Positions 1 through 9,395 of a DNA stretch of 32,000 nucleotides are shown here, piece after piece. The DNA is from Candidatus Lokiarchaeum ossiferum. Its GTDB lineage: Archaea; Asgardarchaeota; Lokiarchaeia; Sigyniarchaeales; Promethearchaeaceae. Every line of letters begins with the position of its first letter. Position 1 is the stretch's first letter. The translations under genes and the position numbers were made by a program. The stretch lies in contig CP104013.1 of the NCBI GenBank assembly GCA_025839675.1, positions 1,140,001 through 1,172,000 of the forward strand, in the 5' to 3' direction. A model generated the notes under the pieces. The model was not told where the DNA came from and searched no databases. It saw nothing but the letters and a program-made list of their open reading frames with translations.

Positions 1-356
1 CCATGATCAGAACTATCGAAACGAGATTTGAAAGAATTTGCACAAAATCCAAGGATAATAACTATAGTTAGGTAGGATAAAATAAAACAATAGTGCTTTT
101 TTAGTGATAATTTAGTAAATAATTTCATAAAGCAATTTGGATCTTCTTAATATTTTAGTGTTTTTATATTTACAAATTGACAGAATTAACATATTTTAAG
201 AGGAAACTATTCTTAGTGCTAAATTTACTTAGAATTTGAATAAATTGAAAAAAAAATTATATCAGAATTCAGTTTAGAAAGACATCTGGAAAAAGAGAAT
301 CTAATTCAAGACACCCTACTGGGAATATTAATATTACATATCCCTACAAAAAATAT

Positions 357-932
357 ATGGTAAAAAAAAAACTTGGAAATAAATATAATTTCTATGCAGC
401 CCCTCATCCAGCGATTGTGGCAGGAACTTTTGTGAATCAGAAACCAACCTACACCCCTTTAGGAGATTTTGGCATCCTTTGTGCCTACCCGTTACACGTT
501 TACATCGCTTCTGTACACACTCATTATTTGAATCAAGGAATTATAGACAATTTGACATTTAGTGTTAACATCCCAAATGAAGATAATTTGGAGAAATTGG
601 ATTATGTAGGTATGGTATCGGGTCATAAAACAGATAAATCACAGGTTTTCAAATATTTTATCGGGGATCTAGAGACAGCACCCATGATTGAAGAATTTCC
701 AGTCACTATGGAATGTAAAGTCCACAAGATAGAAAGAGTCGGACAAAATGATGTATTCATGGCAAAAGTAGAGAATATCTACGCTGATGAGATCTATATG
801 GAAGAAGAGAAATTAAATATAGACAAAGTCAACCCGATAACGCTATTCATGGATTTAAGTTACAGAACGATAGGAAAGGTGATAGGCAGATCTTATCAAA
901 TGGGAAAAAATTACTTAAAAAAGCATCCATAA
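357..932 (+). CDS. Flavin reductase-like / flavoredoxin family protein (FMN-binding split barrel)
   Basis: 191-aa ORF. Length and pattern (PAIVAGT near the N-terminus, SGHKTDK, ECKV..., late NPI...Y) resemble the flavin reductase-like domain family. This is a family-level call from memory of the consensus only. Confidence 0.5.
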   Translation: MVKKKLGNKYNFYAAPHPAIVAGTFVNQKPTYTPLGDFGILCAYPLHVYIASVHTHYLNQGIIDNLTFSVNIPNEDNLEKLDYVGMVSGHKTDKSQVFKYFIGDLETAPMIEEFPVTMECKVHKIERVGQNDVFMAKVENIYADEIYMEEEKLNIDKVNPITLFMDLSYRTIGKVIGRSYQMGKNYLKKHP

Positions 933-1002
933 TTACTCAAGTCCTTCGACAGTAAAAAAAAAACTTAAATCATGATGACCTATATTTCACGAGGGTTAAA
1001 TT

Positions 1003-3186
1003 GTGAATAACAGAACAAAACAACTTTCTACAGTTATATCAGTATTTTTAATATTCATGGTGAGTTTCTCTTCACTTTCATCAAATGGAATATCAAAAAT
1101 AGAGCAAGATGATTTATTGCCAAAATCACAAGCTGCAGCAACATTTGATTTTACTTTTCCTGAAATTGGAGGGCATGCAGATTATTCTGGTAAATCTAAT
1201 GGAGATTATCTCAAGCTTTATGTTATGGTTGCTTCCCCATCAGGATCAATGCCCGATTTAGTTTATGCTATGATGAATAATGAAAAATATGAATTATCAC
1301 CCATGTTTATTGATCCAGGACGAAATACACTTTCACTTCTTCCAAACGATATAAAATCGGGAATTTATTTTGGAACGGTCTTGGGAAATTTACCAGATAA
1401 TAATTATACTTGTCAATTTTTTGTAGAACTCGGCACTAATGTCAAATCAACGAATTCTACATTCAATGCAAATGTATCCATCCCACTTCCGGATAATGTA
1501 TTTGATCCAATAAGTTATTCTACAGGAAGAACTAAGCTGTACACTAACACTTATAGATTCACTTTTACTCATTTAAATCCTTGTGTAGACGTGCAAAGTG
1601 TCGCAGTTACAATTAATGGTACATCCGAGGAAATGAATTGGGATAAATATGAAGAAGAATTCTTTTTCATCAAAGATTTTGGATTAGATACTAATAGTAC
1701 TTATCTCTATAACATGACTATGGTAATTGGAGGCATTTCTAACACAACTCGCAATCGAACTTTTACAATTTTACCAAAACCTTATGAATTTCAGAATATG
1801 TGGGGAATGGTGACTGATTATGGATGTGAGGCAGATACAAAATACGTCTATTTTGAGTGCAGTAATTGGGAAGATCAAGAACCTGAAGATATTATACTAC
1901 AAGTGAATAATGTGAATACCACCTTGAAATGGAAAATCGAGCCCATTTATAAGACCTATGCAGATGGAACATGTTATAAAGAGATAATTGATTGGAGAAA
2001 AATCCAATCTCTCGATTTTGAAGACTATCCAATAACATTTCAAAATGGAATGGACTATAATGTTAGCATGTGGGTAGGAAATGAAACAGGTTATCAAGAA
2101 TGTAAAATATGGGTAAATCGAACATATTATCGGATCGAACCCAATTTTACCATAAGTATTTTGAATCAAACCTTATTTATGGACAGTGAATTCGATTTTT
2201 ACTTAAATGGAACTTTCAAAGTTCAAAGTACCTATGAAAATTTTACTTGGATCAGCCCATCAATCGGAAAGATAGAAGGTCCCGCTGGAAATAGTAATTT
2301 CTTTTGGTTATGGTATCAAGGAGGTGCCAATCTCACATCAGGAGAAATATATGGAAAGGAAGGATATTTATTTACTAATGAAGAAGGTATGTGGGGAAAT
2401 TTTCAATATTTTATTGAGATCACATATGGATTCTTGTTAAATGGAACCAGAGGTACTGGAACTTGGCGATCTCCGGTATATACAATCAATTTACAAGAAT
2501 ATAATACAACGGAAGGAAAATATGGGGTTGAAGCAGAACAATGGTTCATCTATGATTCAACCGTAACCTATGAGTACGACCGACAAACAGATTGTAAACG
2601 TTCCACAGAAAGTTCTTGGCGATATATGTATGAAATTGTGGATATTGGAAGAAATTTAGGATCAGATTTTGTCGATTACAAATATCATTCTTGGGTACCA
2701 TGTGCAAAACAATGGAGCAACACACAGATGATTTCTTCATGTAAACCACTTGATCGTCCAGGAATTTCTCGAAATTACATTGATCCAATGAATTCCGATA
2801 CATATTTGAATTTTCTTATTCCAGAAGATAAGTTAGATTTTAGTTTTGATGAATTAATCAATTTAACCGCTGAAGGATACTTCTCTAAAAAAGGTAACAC
2901 AATCTCGGGGTCGTGGGAAGAAGGAGTTTGGGAAGCAGAATACGAAATTGTGTTTGATCGAAAAGGGGTATTGCAATCAATGATTTTCACTGAAACGATA
3001 AACCATATGACTTCAACCTACACAGTTCAACTATTTTCTGAAGGGAAAGGAGACCTTCCTAACGATGATGGAACATGGAAAGAAAATGGACGCACCACGG
3101 TTTGGACAATCGTTTTAGTGGGAGGTATCGCGGGAGTAATAATCTTCTTGCGGAAAAAAGGATTTATTACTTCCAGTTCTCCCTAA
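1003..3186 (+). CDS. Type-I membrane-anchored extracellular protein, probable surface glycoprotein, function unknown
   Basis: 727-aa ORF with a GTG start at 1003. It has an N-terminal hydrophobic signal/anchor (LSTVISVFLIFMVSFSSLSS) and a C-terminal TM helix plus basic tail (VWTIVLVGGIAGVIIFLRKKG). About 20 N-x-S/T sequons are spread through the ectodomain. No catalytic motif recognised. Confidence 0.7.
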   Translation: MNNRTKQLSTVISVFLIFMVSFSSLSSNGISKIEQDDLLPKSQAAATFDFTFPEIGGHADYSGKSNGDYLKLYVMVASPSGSMPDLVYAMMNNEKYELSPMFIDPGRNTLSLLPNDIKSGIYFGTVLGNLPDNNYTCQFFVELGTNVKSTNSTFNANVSIPLPDNVFDPISYSTGRTKLYTNTYRFTFTHLNPCVDVQSVAVTINGTSEEMNWDKYEEEFFFIKDFGLDTNSTYLYNMTMVIGGISNTTRNRTFTILPKPYEFQNMWGMVTDYGCEADTKYVYFECSNWEDQEPEDIILQVNNVNTTLKWKIEPIYKTYADGTCYKEIIDWRKIQSLDFEDYPITFQNGMDYNVSMWVGNETGYQECKIWVNRTYYRIEPNFTISILNQTLFMDSEFDFYLNGTFKVQSTYENFTWISPSIGKIEGPAGNSNFFWLWYQGGANLTSGEIYGKEGYLFTNEEGMWGNFQYFIEITYGFLLNGTRGTGTWRSPVYTINLQEYNTTEGKYGVEAEQWFIYDSTVTYEYDRQTDCKRSTESSWRYMYEIVDIGRNLGSDFVDYKYHSWVPCAKQWSNTQMISSCKPLDRPGISRNYIDPMNSDTYLNFLIPEDKLDFSFDELINLTAEGYFSKKGNTISGSWEEGVWEAEYEIVFDRKGVLQSMIFTETINHMTSTYTVQLFSEGKGDLPNDDGTWKENGRTTVWTIVLVGGIAGVIIFLRKKGFITSSSP

Positions 3187-3208
3187 ACAAATTCAATTTA
3201 CGCTATTA

Positions 3209-3238
3209 TTTTTTATTGTTTTTTTACATAATTTTTTC
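3209..3238 (+). terminator. Oligo-T tract cluster (T6, T7, T6) downstream of the surface-protein gene; candidate archaeal-type intrinsic terminator
   Basis: T runs at 3209-3214, 3219-3225 and 3233-3238, within 55 nt after the stop at 3186. The next gene starts about 100 nt further on. Confidence 0.35.
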
Positions 3239-3332
3239 TTAGATTTTGTCAATTTTGGACAAATTTTTCCAAATATCTGAGGATTAAAGATGAATTTTTA
3301 TTTTCAAAGAACAAAGGGTCATTAGGGATAGT

Positions 3333-5423
3333 ATGAAACCAACACCAAATAAAAACACCACACAAGATTTTTCAGCGGCAGATTCTAGTTTTCAAAGTCG
3401 ATTGAAATGGATTGCTAAAATTCAAGCCGAAATTGTCAATAATATTCCGGGATTTTTGGTGGTAATGTTGGATTCAGATAAAAAGGTATGTTTTATGAAC
3501 ACTTTTGCATGTGACATGCTCGGTGTGAATCAAGATGCAATATTGAGCCAAAATTGGTTTAATGAGTTTCTTCCACCTCTTGAAATCAAAATATATGAAC
3601 AAAAATTTGAAGATTTTCTGGCTGGAAAGACATTTGATTCAGTGATGGAATATTTTTTGGTCGCAAAAGATGGAACCAAATTTATAGTTCGATGGAATTT
3701 AGAATTGCTTAAAGATGAGCAAGGAAAAATTGTTGGATTATATTGTATAGGAAAGGATGTGACAGAAAAGCGCATTATGCAGATGGAACTAAAGCATCGT
3801 ATTGCAATGGAACAACTTATTACAGAAATCTCAACCACCTTCCTAAATATAGATTTGGATCAATTAGATGAAAAAATTCAAGATCTGCTTGCCAATATTG
3901 GGGTTTTTACCAATACAAACAGGAGTTATTTATTTCTTTTCCAACCTTCCAATGAACAATTCTCGTTATCCCACGAATGGATCTCAAAGGGATTCAGTTC
4001 AATTCAGCCAGATTTAAATACAATTTCTATCAAGGATTTTAATAGGTTTTATAACCTTCTCACCGAAGGAGAAATCATCAATATTCCTACAACGAAGAAA
4101 ATATCCCAAAAAGCGATAAATGAGAGATTGATTCTCCAAAGATTGAAAATAAACTCATTTTTATGTGCCCCCTTAATACAAAATGACAAAATGTATGGCT
4201 TCATTGGGTTAGATTCTCAAATTGAAAACAATATGTGGGAATTACATGATATTCAATTACTTAAAACCATAGCAAATATTTTAGTTAAAGTGTTTCATGA
4301 AAAAGAACTTCTTTTTGAAAAAGAAAAACTTGAAAAGATGTTTGAAAAAGCCTTCTATTCAAATCAGAATCTGATGATTATAACCTCCCGCAAGGATTAT
4401 AAATTTGTCTCGGTTAATCAAAGCTTCCTAAATGCAATTGGGCTTCCCAAAGAGGAAGTTATTGGACATTCTTTACAAGAATTTGGTGTCCCATGGTCTC
4501 AAGATCAGATGAAAATTATTTCTAATCAATTGGATGAAAAAGGGAGGATTTCTTACTTGATTCTACCCTTCATAACGGGTGCAGGAGAAAGAAGAATTGG
4601 ATTATATTCCATGGAAGCCTTTTCTAGCAACGATAGTGAATATGTTTTAACATCTGTAATTGATGTGACCGATCAAAAGCGCATCGAGAATGAATTAGAA
4701 CTTTATAAACGCTTGATTGATACTTCCGATTTAGGTTTTGTAATGTATGATTTACAAGGAAATATTAAATATCTTAACCCGGCGATTTTGAAAATTTGTG
4801 AAATACATACACCCCGAGATTTATTCAAGGGAAATATTCATGAATATTATTCAGAAGAGTATAAACGACTAGTAACGAAAGAAATTATTCCATTAGTAAT
4901 GCAAGAAGGGCAATGGATGGGCGAGATTACAATAAAAACAGCTTTAAATCATTTTGTTCCTTCAATTCAGAATATCTTTCTACTATCAAGTAATGATAAA
5001 AATTCGACCATTGTTGCAAATATAGTTCAAGATATTCGAGAACAAAAGGAAGTTGAACAAATTTTGGTTAAAAAGGAAAAGAGATTTAGGACTCTCGCAG
5101 AAAAAATTCCTCTTCCTATAGCGATTTCAGATACTAATGGAAATCACCTATATCTCAATCCTGCTTTTCAAAAACTTTTTGGTTATTCTTTGGAAGAAAT
5201 ACCAAATACAGAAGCTTGGATGAATTTAGCATATCCAAATGAGGAATATCGACAGTCCATTTATGATTATTGGATTGATATTAAGGCAGGGAAGCAAAAA
5301 TATCAACCTAAGAATATTACATGCAAAGATGGAACGATTAAAAAAATTATTTTTCGTGAATTTCCCCTTGCTGATAATGAATTGGTTTCAATTTGCGAGA
5401 TATTTGAAGATATCTCCGAGTAA
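3333..5423 (+). CDS. Multi-domain PAS-GAF-PAS-PAS-PAS sensor protein without recognisable output domain
   Basis: 696-aa ORF. PAS-type segments end in the typical D(V/I)T(E/D)xK-like junctions (DVTEKR, DVTDQKR, DIREQKE). A GAF-like core (NRSYLFLF ... MYGFIGLDS ... LLKTIANIL) lies between PAS1 and PAS2. No HisKA/HATPase, GGDEF, HD or HTH motif seen. Confidence 0.8.
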   Translation: MKPTPNKNTTQDFSAADSSFQSRLKWIAKIQAEIVNNIPGFLVVMLDSDKKVCFMNTFACDMLGVNQDAILSQNWFNEFLPPLEIKIYEQKFEDFLAGKTFDSVMEYFLVAKDGTKFIVRWNLELLKDEQGKIVGLYCIGKDVTEKRIMQMELKHRIAMEQLITEISTTFLNIDLDQLDEKIQDLLANIGVFTNTNRSYLFLFQPSNEQFSLSHEWISKGFSSIQPDLNTISIKDFNRFYNLLTEGEIINIPTTKKISQKAINERLILQRLKINSFLCAPLIQNDKMYGFIGLDSQIENNMWELHDIQLLKTIANILVKVFHEKELLFEKEKLEKMFEKAFYSNQNLMIITSRKDYKFVSVNQSFLNAIGLPKEEVIGHSLQEFGVPWSQDQMKIISNQLDEKGRISYLILPFITGAGERRIGLYSMEAFSSNDSEYVLTSVIDVTDQKRIENELELYKRLIDTSDLGFVMYDLQGNIKYLNPAILKICEIHTPRDLFKGNIHEYYSEEYKRLVTKEIIPLVMQEGQWMGEITIKTALNHFVPSIQNIFLLSSNDKNSTIVANIVQDIREQKEVEQILVKKEKRFRTLAEKIPLPIAISDTNGNHLYLNPAFQKLFGYSLEEIPNTEAWMNLAYPNEEYRQSIYDYWIDIKAGKQKYQPKNITCKDGTIKKIIFREFPLADNELVSICEIFEDISE

Positions 5424-5505
5424 GGATACATTAGACAGTTTTTTTCACAATTCTTGTGGAATTTTAAATAGAAGATTTAAAAATCCTTAGATCATCTTCT
5501 AAGAT

Positions 5506-6543
5506 ATGGGGACTCAACATAGAATCACAACACAAATGGATTTATTAGATAATAAGGGGCACCTAATAGAACCAGGTTATGCGACAAAACTACTTTGGAA
5601 GTACGATAGAACTAAAATCAAAGCGGGTTGGCATCGAATCAAAGAATGGGATTATTATTATATATTGAATGAAGATTATGGCATTACATTTACTATGTCT
5701 GATTTGGGATATGCAGGTATGCATGCAGTTGCGTGGTTAGATTTTCAAAATAATACAACAACCCAAGTAGATACACTATCTATTCTTCCGAAAGGAAAAA
5801 CTAATTTTCCTTCTACATCCACATCTGGAAATGTAAGTTTTAAGGATAAAAAAATAGACATATCCTTTGAAGTTCATGATAATACACGTATACTAAAAAT
5901 ATCGTGCCCTAACTTTGAAAATAAGCGGGGAGAAAAAGGATTAAAAGGAGAACTAAGATTATTGCAAGAACCAGAAATGGATACTATGGTAATTGCGACT
6001 TCATGGAAAGATAAGCCTAAAAAATTTTATTATAATCAGAAAATAAACTGTATGCGAGCGGAAGGGACCGTTACCATCGGAGATCATGATTATAAATTTT
6101 CACCAGACTCAAGTTTTGCTGGACTGGATTGGGGACGAGGAAACTGGACTTATAAAAATCGATGGTACTGGGGTAGTGCATCAGGTGAATTAAATGGAGA
6201 ACTTTTTGGCTGGAATATTGGATATGGTTTTAGTGATCGAAGTCCCGCTTCTGAAAATATGATCTTTTACAAGGGAAAAGCCCATAAGTTAGATGAAGTG
6301 ACATTTGAAATTGACACAACCGACTATATGAAACCGTGGAGGTTCACTAGCAATGATGGAAGGTTTGAATTAAATTTTACACCTGCTGTGGATCGATATA
6401 GTAAAACTAATTTATGGCTAATCGTTTCTGAGCAACATCAAACTTTTGGACACTTTTCAGGTCATGTAATCTTGGATGATGGGACTAAACTAGAAATTAA
6501 AGATTTTCTTGGATTTGCCGAAGATGTCTTAAATTATTGGTAA
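5506..6543 (+). CDS. DUF2804-like protein (function unknown)
   Basis: 345-aa Trp/Tyr/Gly-rich ORF with no TM segment (WDYYYI, GYAGMHAVAW, DWGRGNWTYKNRWYWGSASG). It resembles the DUF2804 family as I recall it; not verified. Confidence 0.55.
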   Translation: MGTQHRITTQMDLLDNKGHLIEPGYATKLLWKYDRTKIKAGWHRIKEWDYYYILNEDYGITFTMSDLGYAGMHAVAWLDFQNNTTTQVDTLSILPKGKTNFPSTSTSGNVSFKDKKIDISFEVHDNTRILKISCPNFENKRGEKGLKGELRLLQEPEMDTMVIATSWKDKPKKFYYNQKINCMRAEGTVTIGDHDYKFSPDSSFAGLDWGRGNWTYKNRWYWGSASGELNGELFGWNIGYGFSDRSPASENMIFYKGKAHKLDEVTFEIDTTDYMKPWRFTSNDGRFELNFTPAVDRYSKTNLWLIVSEQHQTFGHFSGHVILDDGTKLEIKDFLGFAEDVLNYW

Positions 6544-6617
6544 AATTATAGGCTAGGATAAATTTCGTTGCCACATTTTAGGAAAAATTTTTATTTTTTG
6601 TAATTTTCTCACAAATC

Positions 6618-7574
6618 ATGACTGATATTCTTCAAACGCCCTCGGGATCGACATCTAAACAAAAAAGAATCTCAGAATTACTTCTAGTTACTACAACAAT
6701 TCTCTGGGGTACAACATTTATCATAACTAACACCGTCACACAAGTTGTACCACCGATGTTTTATATGGGAGTGAGGTATTTAATTGGATTTCTTGCTTTT
6801 TTGCCTTTCTTAGCCCATTTAAAACGAATTGACATAAAACAATTAAAAATTGCCTTTATTGCCAGCTTTCTGGTGTGGGCATCTTTCGCACTTCAGACTA
6901 TTGGGATTAAATTAACCACTGCAACTAAATCGGCATTTATAACGGGATTAAATGTAATCATGGTTCCAATTTTTATTGCTATTTTTTATAAGAAAAAAGT
7001 TCCAGTAAAAATATGGATTAGTACTGTACTCGCTCTTTTAGGAGTATCAATCATGACCTTCGGAGGATTCGATTCAATTGAATTAGGAGATATTTTAGTT
7101 TTGATTTGTGATGTCTTCTATGCTTTGTACATAATTTACTTGGATAACAACTTAAAGCACGTAGATACAATTGGATTCTCTATTATCTTAGTTTTCTTGC
7201 TATCCTTCTGTTCCTTTATAGTTTCTTTTATTTTTGAACCCATTGATCAGATTTTTGGAGATCTATCATCACAAATTTTTACTCTAGGAAATCTTTGGAT
7301 AATGCTGTACATGGGAGTAGTTGCTACAATGATTGCAACCTTAACTCAAACTTTTGGACAACGTCATGTTAATTCCACCAGAACTGCGATTATTTTTGCT
7401 TTGGAACCTCTTTTTGCAACCTTTTTTGCAGTGTTAGGAAATGAGAGTTTAAATTGGCAGACTATCATAGGAGGAATTATTATTATTCTGGGGATTTTTA
7501 TTTCAATTGAAAGAGCTAAACCAATTGATGGACCAATTGATCTTAATGGACCTCAAATCACCCAAGAAGAGTAA
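6618..7574 (+). CDS. EamA/DMT-superfamily transporter
   Basis: 318-aa ORF with about 10 hydrophobic helices arranged as two similar halves (duplicated EamA-type organisation). It has a polar N-terminus and a polar C-terminal tail. Confidence 0.8.
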   Translation: MTDILQTPSGSTSKQKRISELLLVTTTILWGTTFIITNTVTQVVPPMFYMGVRYLIGFLAFLPFLAHLKRIDIKQLKIAFIASFLVWASFALQTIGIKLTTATKSAFITGLNVIMVPIFIAIFYKKKVPVKIWISTVLALLGVSIMTFGGFDSIELGDILVLICDVFYALYIIYLDNNLKHVDTIGFSIILVFLLSFCSFIVSFIFEPIDQIFGDLSSQIFTLGNLWIMLYMGVVATMIATLTQTFGQRHVNSTRTAIIFALEPLFATFFAVLGNESLNWQTIIGGIIIILGIFISIERAKPIDGPIDLNGPQITQEE

Positions 7575-7626
7575 ATTTAATCACTTTTTGCTTTTTCTTC
7601 TCCTTCTTCTTCACTTTCAAACTAAC

Positions 7627-7633
7627 TTTAAAA
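7627..7633 (+). promoter_or_regulatory. TATA-like box (TTTAAAA) about 30 nt upstream of the AOR-family start codon
   Basis: The sequence ctTTTAAAAgg ends 31 nt before the ATG at 7664. The spacing fits an archaeal promoter giving a very short leader. AT-rich background makes chance matches common. Confidence 0.3.
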
Positions 7634-7663
7634 GGTTATTTCAACCTAATTACTATTAGGGAA

Positions 7664-9394
7664 ATGCCAAAAATTATCCGCGTGAATTTAAAAACTCATC
7701 AAATAAATACAGAGAGTATTTCGAAAGAGCACCCTCTCAATTTATTTGGAGGTCGTAGCCTTACCTCGAAAATCGTATGTGATGAAGTACCTCCCAAAAT
7801 TGATCCATTAAATTCTGAAAACAAATTGATATTTGCCAATGGACTATTGGGAGGGACATTAGCCCCTTGTTCAGGAAGGATCTCGATAGGAGCTAAAAGC
7901 CCATTAACTAATGGTATAAAAGAATCAAATGTTGGCGGTCGAACCCCCGCATTATTGAGCCATCAAGATATTCGAGCAATAATATTGGAAGAACATGCAA
8001 AGGAGTGGAGTTATTTATTATGTCATGACTCAAAAATTGAACTAATCATGGATAAATCTCTTGTTGGAATGAACAATTATGCTTTGAATAAACATTTCCA
8101 AGAAAAATATGGTGATAGAATCGGTCTATTTTCCATTGGGATTGCAGGAGAACGCCTTTATAAAGCCGCATCCATTGCCTCAACAGATTTGGAAGGATAT
8201 CCTTCCCGCCATGCAGGTCGAGGAGGATTGGGAGCAGTAATGGGATCAAAGAAAGTGAAAGCAATAGTTGTAATTCCTGCTAAAGCAAATTTAATTTCTT
8301 ATTCTAATAAGGAAGCATTCAAAAGCGCAGCAAAAGAGTGGGGATCAACACTTTACAAAAGTAAAAGGAACTTTTCCAAGTTCGGTACTCTCATTGGACT
8401 AACTTTTATGAACACAATGCATGGTTTACCCACTCAAAATTTTCGAAGAGGTGCATTTGAGGATGTTGATAAAATTTCTGCTGAAGCAGTTTTTGATTTT
8501 ATTCAAACCAACCATGGAAAAACGGGTATTCCGTGTAGTCCAGGGTGTGTGATCCAATGTTCGAACTTGGTCTGTGATAGCAATGGAAAACATCTAACCT
8601 CAAGTTTAGAATATGAAACCGTTGCATTGAATGGATCTAACTTACTCATAAACAATATTGAGCATTTAAGCAAAATCGATCATATCTGCGATGATTATGG
8701 GTTGGATACCATTGAAATCGGGAATGCATTTGGTGTTTATATGGAAACAGGCAAAATAAAATGGGGAGATTCTATTTCAGTTATTGAAATCCTGGAAAAA
8801 CTTGAATTAAAAGATCCCGACAGCATTGTTATAGCAAATGGAGCAGTCGCGGTGGGAGAAAAATACAATATCACACGAGTCGCTCAAGTAAAGGGTCAAG
8901 GTATTTCAGGTTATGATCCCCGAACTTTCAAAGGAATGGGAGTAACGTATCTAACTTCACCAATGGGTGCCGATCATACAGCAGGGGCCGCCATCGCAGG
9001 CCGTAAACCATACCCACAAAAAGAATATGGGGAACTTCATAGTGGAGACCATAAAGTAGAACTTTCTCAAGGCCTTCAAATATTTACAATGTTGCTGGAT
9101 GCAATGGGACAATGTTATTTCGTGGGACCTACCTTTGAAACAGTTCCAATTTTGGTAAAATTGCTAAATGCTAAATACGGATGGGAGCTTGAAACAACAG
9201 ATTTGATTTCTATGGGAAAAGAATGGCTGTTAATGGAAGAAAAATATAATATAACTGCAGGACTAAAAAAAACCGAACGATTACCTTCTTTCATGGAAAC
9301 CGAAAAACTAGAAGAGATAGACACAAGGATATGGGATATCCCACAACCAGAAATTGATCGATTTTGGGATGATTTAGTGGTGGAGAAGGAATAA
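7664..9394 (+). CDS. Aldehyde:ferredoxin oxidoreductase (AOR) family tungsto/molybdopterin enzyme
   Basis: 576-aa ORF with an AOR-type N-terminal domain (IIRVNL...GGRSLTSKI...PLNSENKLIFANG...SGR). It has a Cys cluster PCSPGCVIQC plus a distal MGQCYF Cys for the 4Fe-4S centre, and the GLDTIE and GADHTAG motifs. Which AOR subfamily it belongs to cannot be decided. Confidence 0.88.
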   Translation: MPKIIRVNLKTHQINTESISKEHPLNLFGGRSLTSKIVCDEVPPKIDPLNSENKLIFANGLLGGTLAPCSGRISIGAKSPLTNGIKESNVGGRTPALLSHQDIRAIILEEHAKEWSYLLCHDSKIELIMDKSLVGMNNYALNKHFQEKYGDRIGLFSIGIAGERLYKAASIASTDLEGYPSRHAGRGGLGAVMGSKKVKAIVVIPAKANLISYSNKEAFKSAAKEWGSTLYKSKRNFSKFGTLIGLTFMNTMHGLPTQNFRRGAFEDVDKISAEAVFDFIQTNHGKTGIPCSPGCVIQCSNLVCDSNGKHLTSSLEYETVALNGSNLLINNIEHLSKIDHICDDYGLDTIEIGNAFGVYMETGKIKWGDSISVIEILEKLELKDPDSIVIANGAVAVGEKYNITRVAQVKGQGISGYDPRTFKGMGVTYLTSPMGADHTAGAAIAGRKPYPQKEYGELHSGDHKVELSQGLQIFTMLLDAMGQCYFVGPTFETVPILVKLLNAKYGWELETTDLISMGKEWLLMEEKYNITAGLKKTERLPSFMETEKLEEIDTRIWDIPQPEIDRFWDDLVVEKE

Positions 9395-9395
9395 A

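Noticed and set aside
362-371. A10 homopolymer at codons 2-5 of the flavin-reductase-like gene (and other A8-A10 runs, for example near 12937 and 22155), considered as slipped-strand phase-variation sites.
   Set aside because: Lys-rich AAA runs are expected at this base composition. The reading frames are intact and nothing indicates variable length from a single sequence.
1897-2990. Antisense ORFs 1897..2169, 2546..2803 and 2775..2990 inside the surface-protein gene. The same applies to similar embedded ORFs at 3530..3838, 8046..8264, 9115..9568, 9800..10024, 10422..10667, 11083..12100, 13067..13935, 14480..14707, 15190..15378, 15951..16448, 17635..18502, 20250..20895, 21485..22268, 22692..22925, 26580..27266 and 30596..30793.
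   Set aside because: All lie within or across much longer ORFs that carry clear family motifs. Their translations are low-complexity and rich in I/F/N/K, as expected from random frames in AT-rich DNA.
5239-5490. 83-aa plus-strand ORF overlapping the 3' end of the PAS sensor gene.
   Set aside because: It is out of frame with a well-supported PAS module, has no RBS or motif, and most of it is overlapped.
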